Of a DNA stretch of 37,002 nucleotides, positions 35,610 through 37,002 are shown piece by piece. The notes beneath the pieces were generated by a model, which saw nothing but the letters and a program-made list of their open reading frames with translations, searched no databases and was not told the origin of the DNA. The position numbers and the translations under genes are program-made. Origin of the DNA: Kiritimatiellia bacterium (lineage in GTDB: Bacteria; Verrucomicrobiota; Kiritimatiellia; RFP12; UBA3636); assembly GCA_050942875.1 (NCBI GenBank), contig JBMNOD010000033.1:1-37002 (forward strand). The letters run 5' to 3'. Each line of letters begins with the position of its first letter. Within the stretch, counting starts at the first letter, position 1.

Positions 35610-36644
35610 TCATTGACCGGTGTGTTTGCATTGAAATTGATCCCGAAAGACCGCGTTCGACCAGGCCTGCAAGCCCGACGCGTCTTCGACCGTGACGCGG
35701 ACGTAGTCGTAGAAATCGTCGCGGATCGGAAGTTCGGCGGAAACGAGGGGTTTGTCCCCGAGAGCGTGCGACACGGCGGCGGCGCGCCCCGATGAATTGA
35801 CGGTGATTTTTCGCGCCGGGGAGCATGTCACGTGCAGCACGCCGTCTTCGATCCAGAGCGCTTTGATTTCGGGGCCGCTCGACGAATAGAAATCGCCGCG
35901 GCGGAGGGCGTCGAACACCGTTTCGTAGTCCAGCCGCGCCGCATGGACAACGACCCATCCGCCAAGGGAGTCGTGCCCGGGATGGCCGTAGGGGTGGCGG
36001 TTGTGGTTGTCGTCCGTGGCGAGGCACTTGAGTCGCTTGCCCTGGCGGAGCAGCTCGTCATACGGCGTCGTGGAGTCCGGAAACCCGATGCGCACACAGC
36101 CGGTGTTGAAGACCTCGATGCCGAAAAGTCCTTCAAGCGGCAGGTAGTCCATGCTCTGCGCCAGCGACCAGACCGGATGGTTGTAAGTCACCAGATAGCC
36201 GAGTTTGTTGGCTTCTCGGATGATCCGGTTGAGGAAGTCCGGGCCGTCTTCGCGCGGGACGATTCCGCCTGCCGTGGCGACCTTGTGCTTGATGTCGTTC
36301 GGATCGCACCAGACGGCGTCGGGATCGTAGCAAACGTGGGTGACATCGTCAGGGCGCGGGGCGATTAGGTTGAGATGCGTTGTCTTGCAATCGGCAAACG
36401 ACCGGGTCGGCTTCCGCTCGTTTACGGAAAGCTCGTAGCCCGTGAGCGCGAGGAAGTTGTCGTCCGTCAGACGGGAGTGGTTCATGGACAGCTCATGGTC
36501 GGTAAAGGCCACGATGCTGTAGCCATGCGCTTGGTAGTGGGCTTTGGTTTGTTCGGGCGTCATGTCGCCATCGGACATGGTCGTGTGGCAATGGAGGTTG
36601 GCTTTGTAGGCATTGACGCCGGGAGTCAGTATGTCGTAGTGCAT
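35610..36644 (-). CDS. PHP-domain (polymerase/histidinol-phosphatase-like) metal-dependent phosphoesterase
   Basis: Start at ATG 36644 (MHYDIL...); the ORF extends to 36731 through a hydrophobic-looking but probably untranslated leader. PHP motifs ANLHCHTTMSDGDMTPEQ...GYSIVAFTDHE and a later HP.GHPGH. Confidence 0.7.
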   Translation of the reverse strand: MHYDILTPGVNAYKANLHCHTTMSDGDMTPEQTKAHYQAHGYSIVAFTDHELSMNHSRLTDDNFLALTGYELSVNERKPTRSFADCKTTHLNLIAPRPDDVTHVCYDPDAVWCDPNDIKHKVATAGGIVPREDGPDFLNRIIREANKLGYLVTYNHPVWSLAQSMDYLPLEGLFGIEVFNTGCVRIGFPDSTTPYDELLRQGKRLKCLATDDNHNRHPYGHPGHDSLGGWVVVHAARLDYETVFDALRRGDFYSSSGPEIKALWIEDGVLHVTCSPARKITVNSSGRAAAVSHALGDKPLVSAELPIRDDFYDYVRVTVEDASGLQAWSNAVFRDQFQCKHTGQ

Positions 36645-36813
36645 GGTTTTCGGGGGCTGTAGTGTAGGATGCTGGCGGGCAATCCAAAAGACGAAGGGCA
36701 GGAAGAATGGGACAGCATGAAAAAACAACATCCCAAGCGTACCATTTTCGCTCGAACTTCGTCCAGAACGATCACGCCGCCCACAAGGAAATAGGGGACA
36801 GACCCGAATGGCA

Positions 36814-37002
36814 CTATGGCCACGGCGGGGAGGTGCGCAAGAGGGTGTGGGATCGCAAGACGCTTTTCCGGTGCGTGGTGGCGCAGGCCGCGTCGTTCAA
36901 CGCCTCCTGCTCCTCCGCCGTCAAGGCGCTCCAGGCGGCGGGGCGCAAATGCTCCTCGAACACGTCGGGCTGCAGCCAGGCCGCGGGCCGGTTCCCCTTG
37001 GA
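36814..37002 (-). CDS. Possible 3' end of a gene continuing beyond the window (C-terminal 62 codons)
   Basis: Open frame from the window edge to TAG at 36814-36816 (...FEEHLRPAAWSALTAEEQEALNDAACATT...). GC3-rich as in real genes. No start visible and no recognisable homology. Confidence 0.25.
   Translation of the reverse strand, partial: SKGNRPAAWLQPDVFEEHLRPAAWSALTAEEQEALNDAACATTHRKSVLRSHTLLRTSPPWP

Noticed and set aside
1-37002. tRNA, rRNA and insertion-sequence transposase genes
   Set aside because: I scanned for tRNA T-arm signatures (GTTCGAATCC-like) and for transposase- or integrase-like ORFs and found none. The low-GC island has no recognisable integrase or flanking direct repeats beyond the TATGCAC cluster.

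Overview
High-GC (~65-70%) chromosomal segment from a diderm (Gram-negative-type) bacterium. It is punctuated by AT-richer, repeat-dense non-coding stretches and one low-GC island. I could not assign a phylum from sequence alone; I found no tRNA, rRNA or CRISPR array.

Genes I can support, in window order:
- 225-5337, minus strand: a TonB-system-like operon of TPR protein, exbB, exbD and a TonB-like gene. A ~330-nt repeat element sits between exbB and exbD.
- 5648-7829, minus strand: an NfeD/flotillin (YqiJ/YqiK-like) pair.
- 7830-8825: a 1-kb non-coding region full of phased short repeats and two strong palindromes.
- 8826-14493: a secreted GH28-like beta-helix protein, an acyl-ACP thioesterase, a Kdo/WaaP-kinase-like plus TIM-barrel-hydrolase-like fusion, tsaE and thiL. 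The last three overlap one another by 4 nt and 10 nt (the fusion-tsaE junction is an ATGA start/stop overlap).
- 15069-27042: a DUF4105-like membrane protein whose 3' end overlaps a 3602-aa signal-peptide-bearing giant protein. The giant has many pectin-lyase-like beta-helix caps, three ~1257-nt tandem repeats (two nearly identical) and a cadherin-like domain.
- 27538-28194: a LUD-domain (LutC-like) gene.
- 28195-29264: a ~1.07-kb repeat-rich non-coding region.
- 29265-33751: sbcC and sbcD.
- 33851-35572: a low-GC island with a COG2865-type Schlafen-like AAA (AlbA_2) plus HATPase_c_4 plus wHTH gene, flanked by TTATGCAC iteron-like repeats.
- 35610-36644: a PHP phosphoesterase.

Things worth a second look:
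- Two clusters of helically phased GTCCACA(AAG) repeats, resembling high-GC DnaA boxes (TTGTCCACA), each next to an AT-rich segment.
- Several families of short dispersed intergenic repeats.
- The DUF4105-giant adhesin pair.
- The kinase/hydrolase fusion.
- The low-GC Schlafen-like island beside sbcDC.
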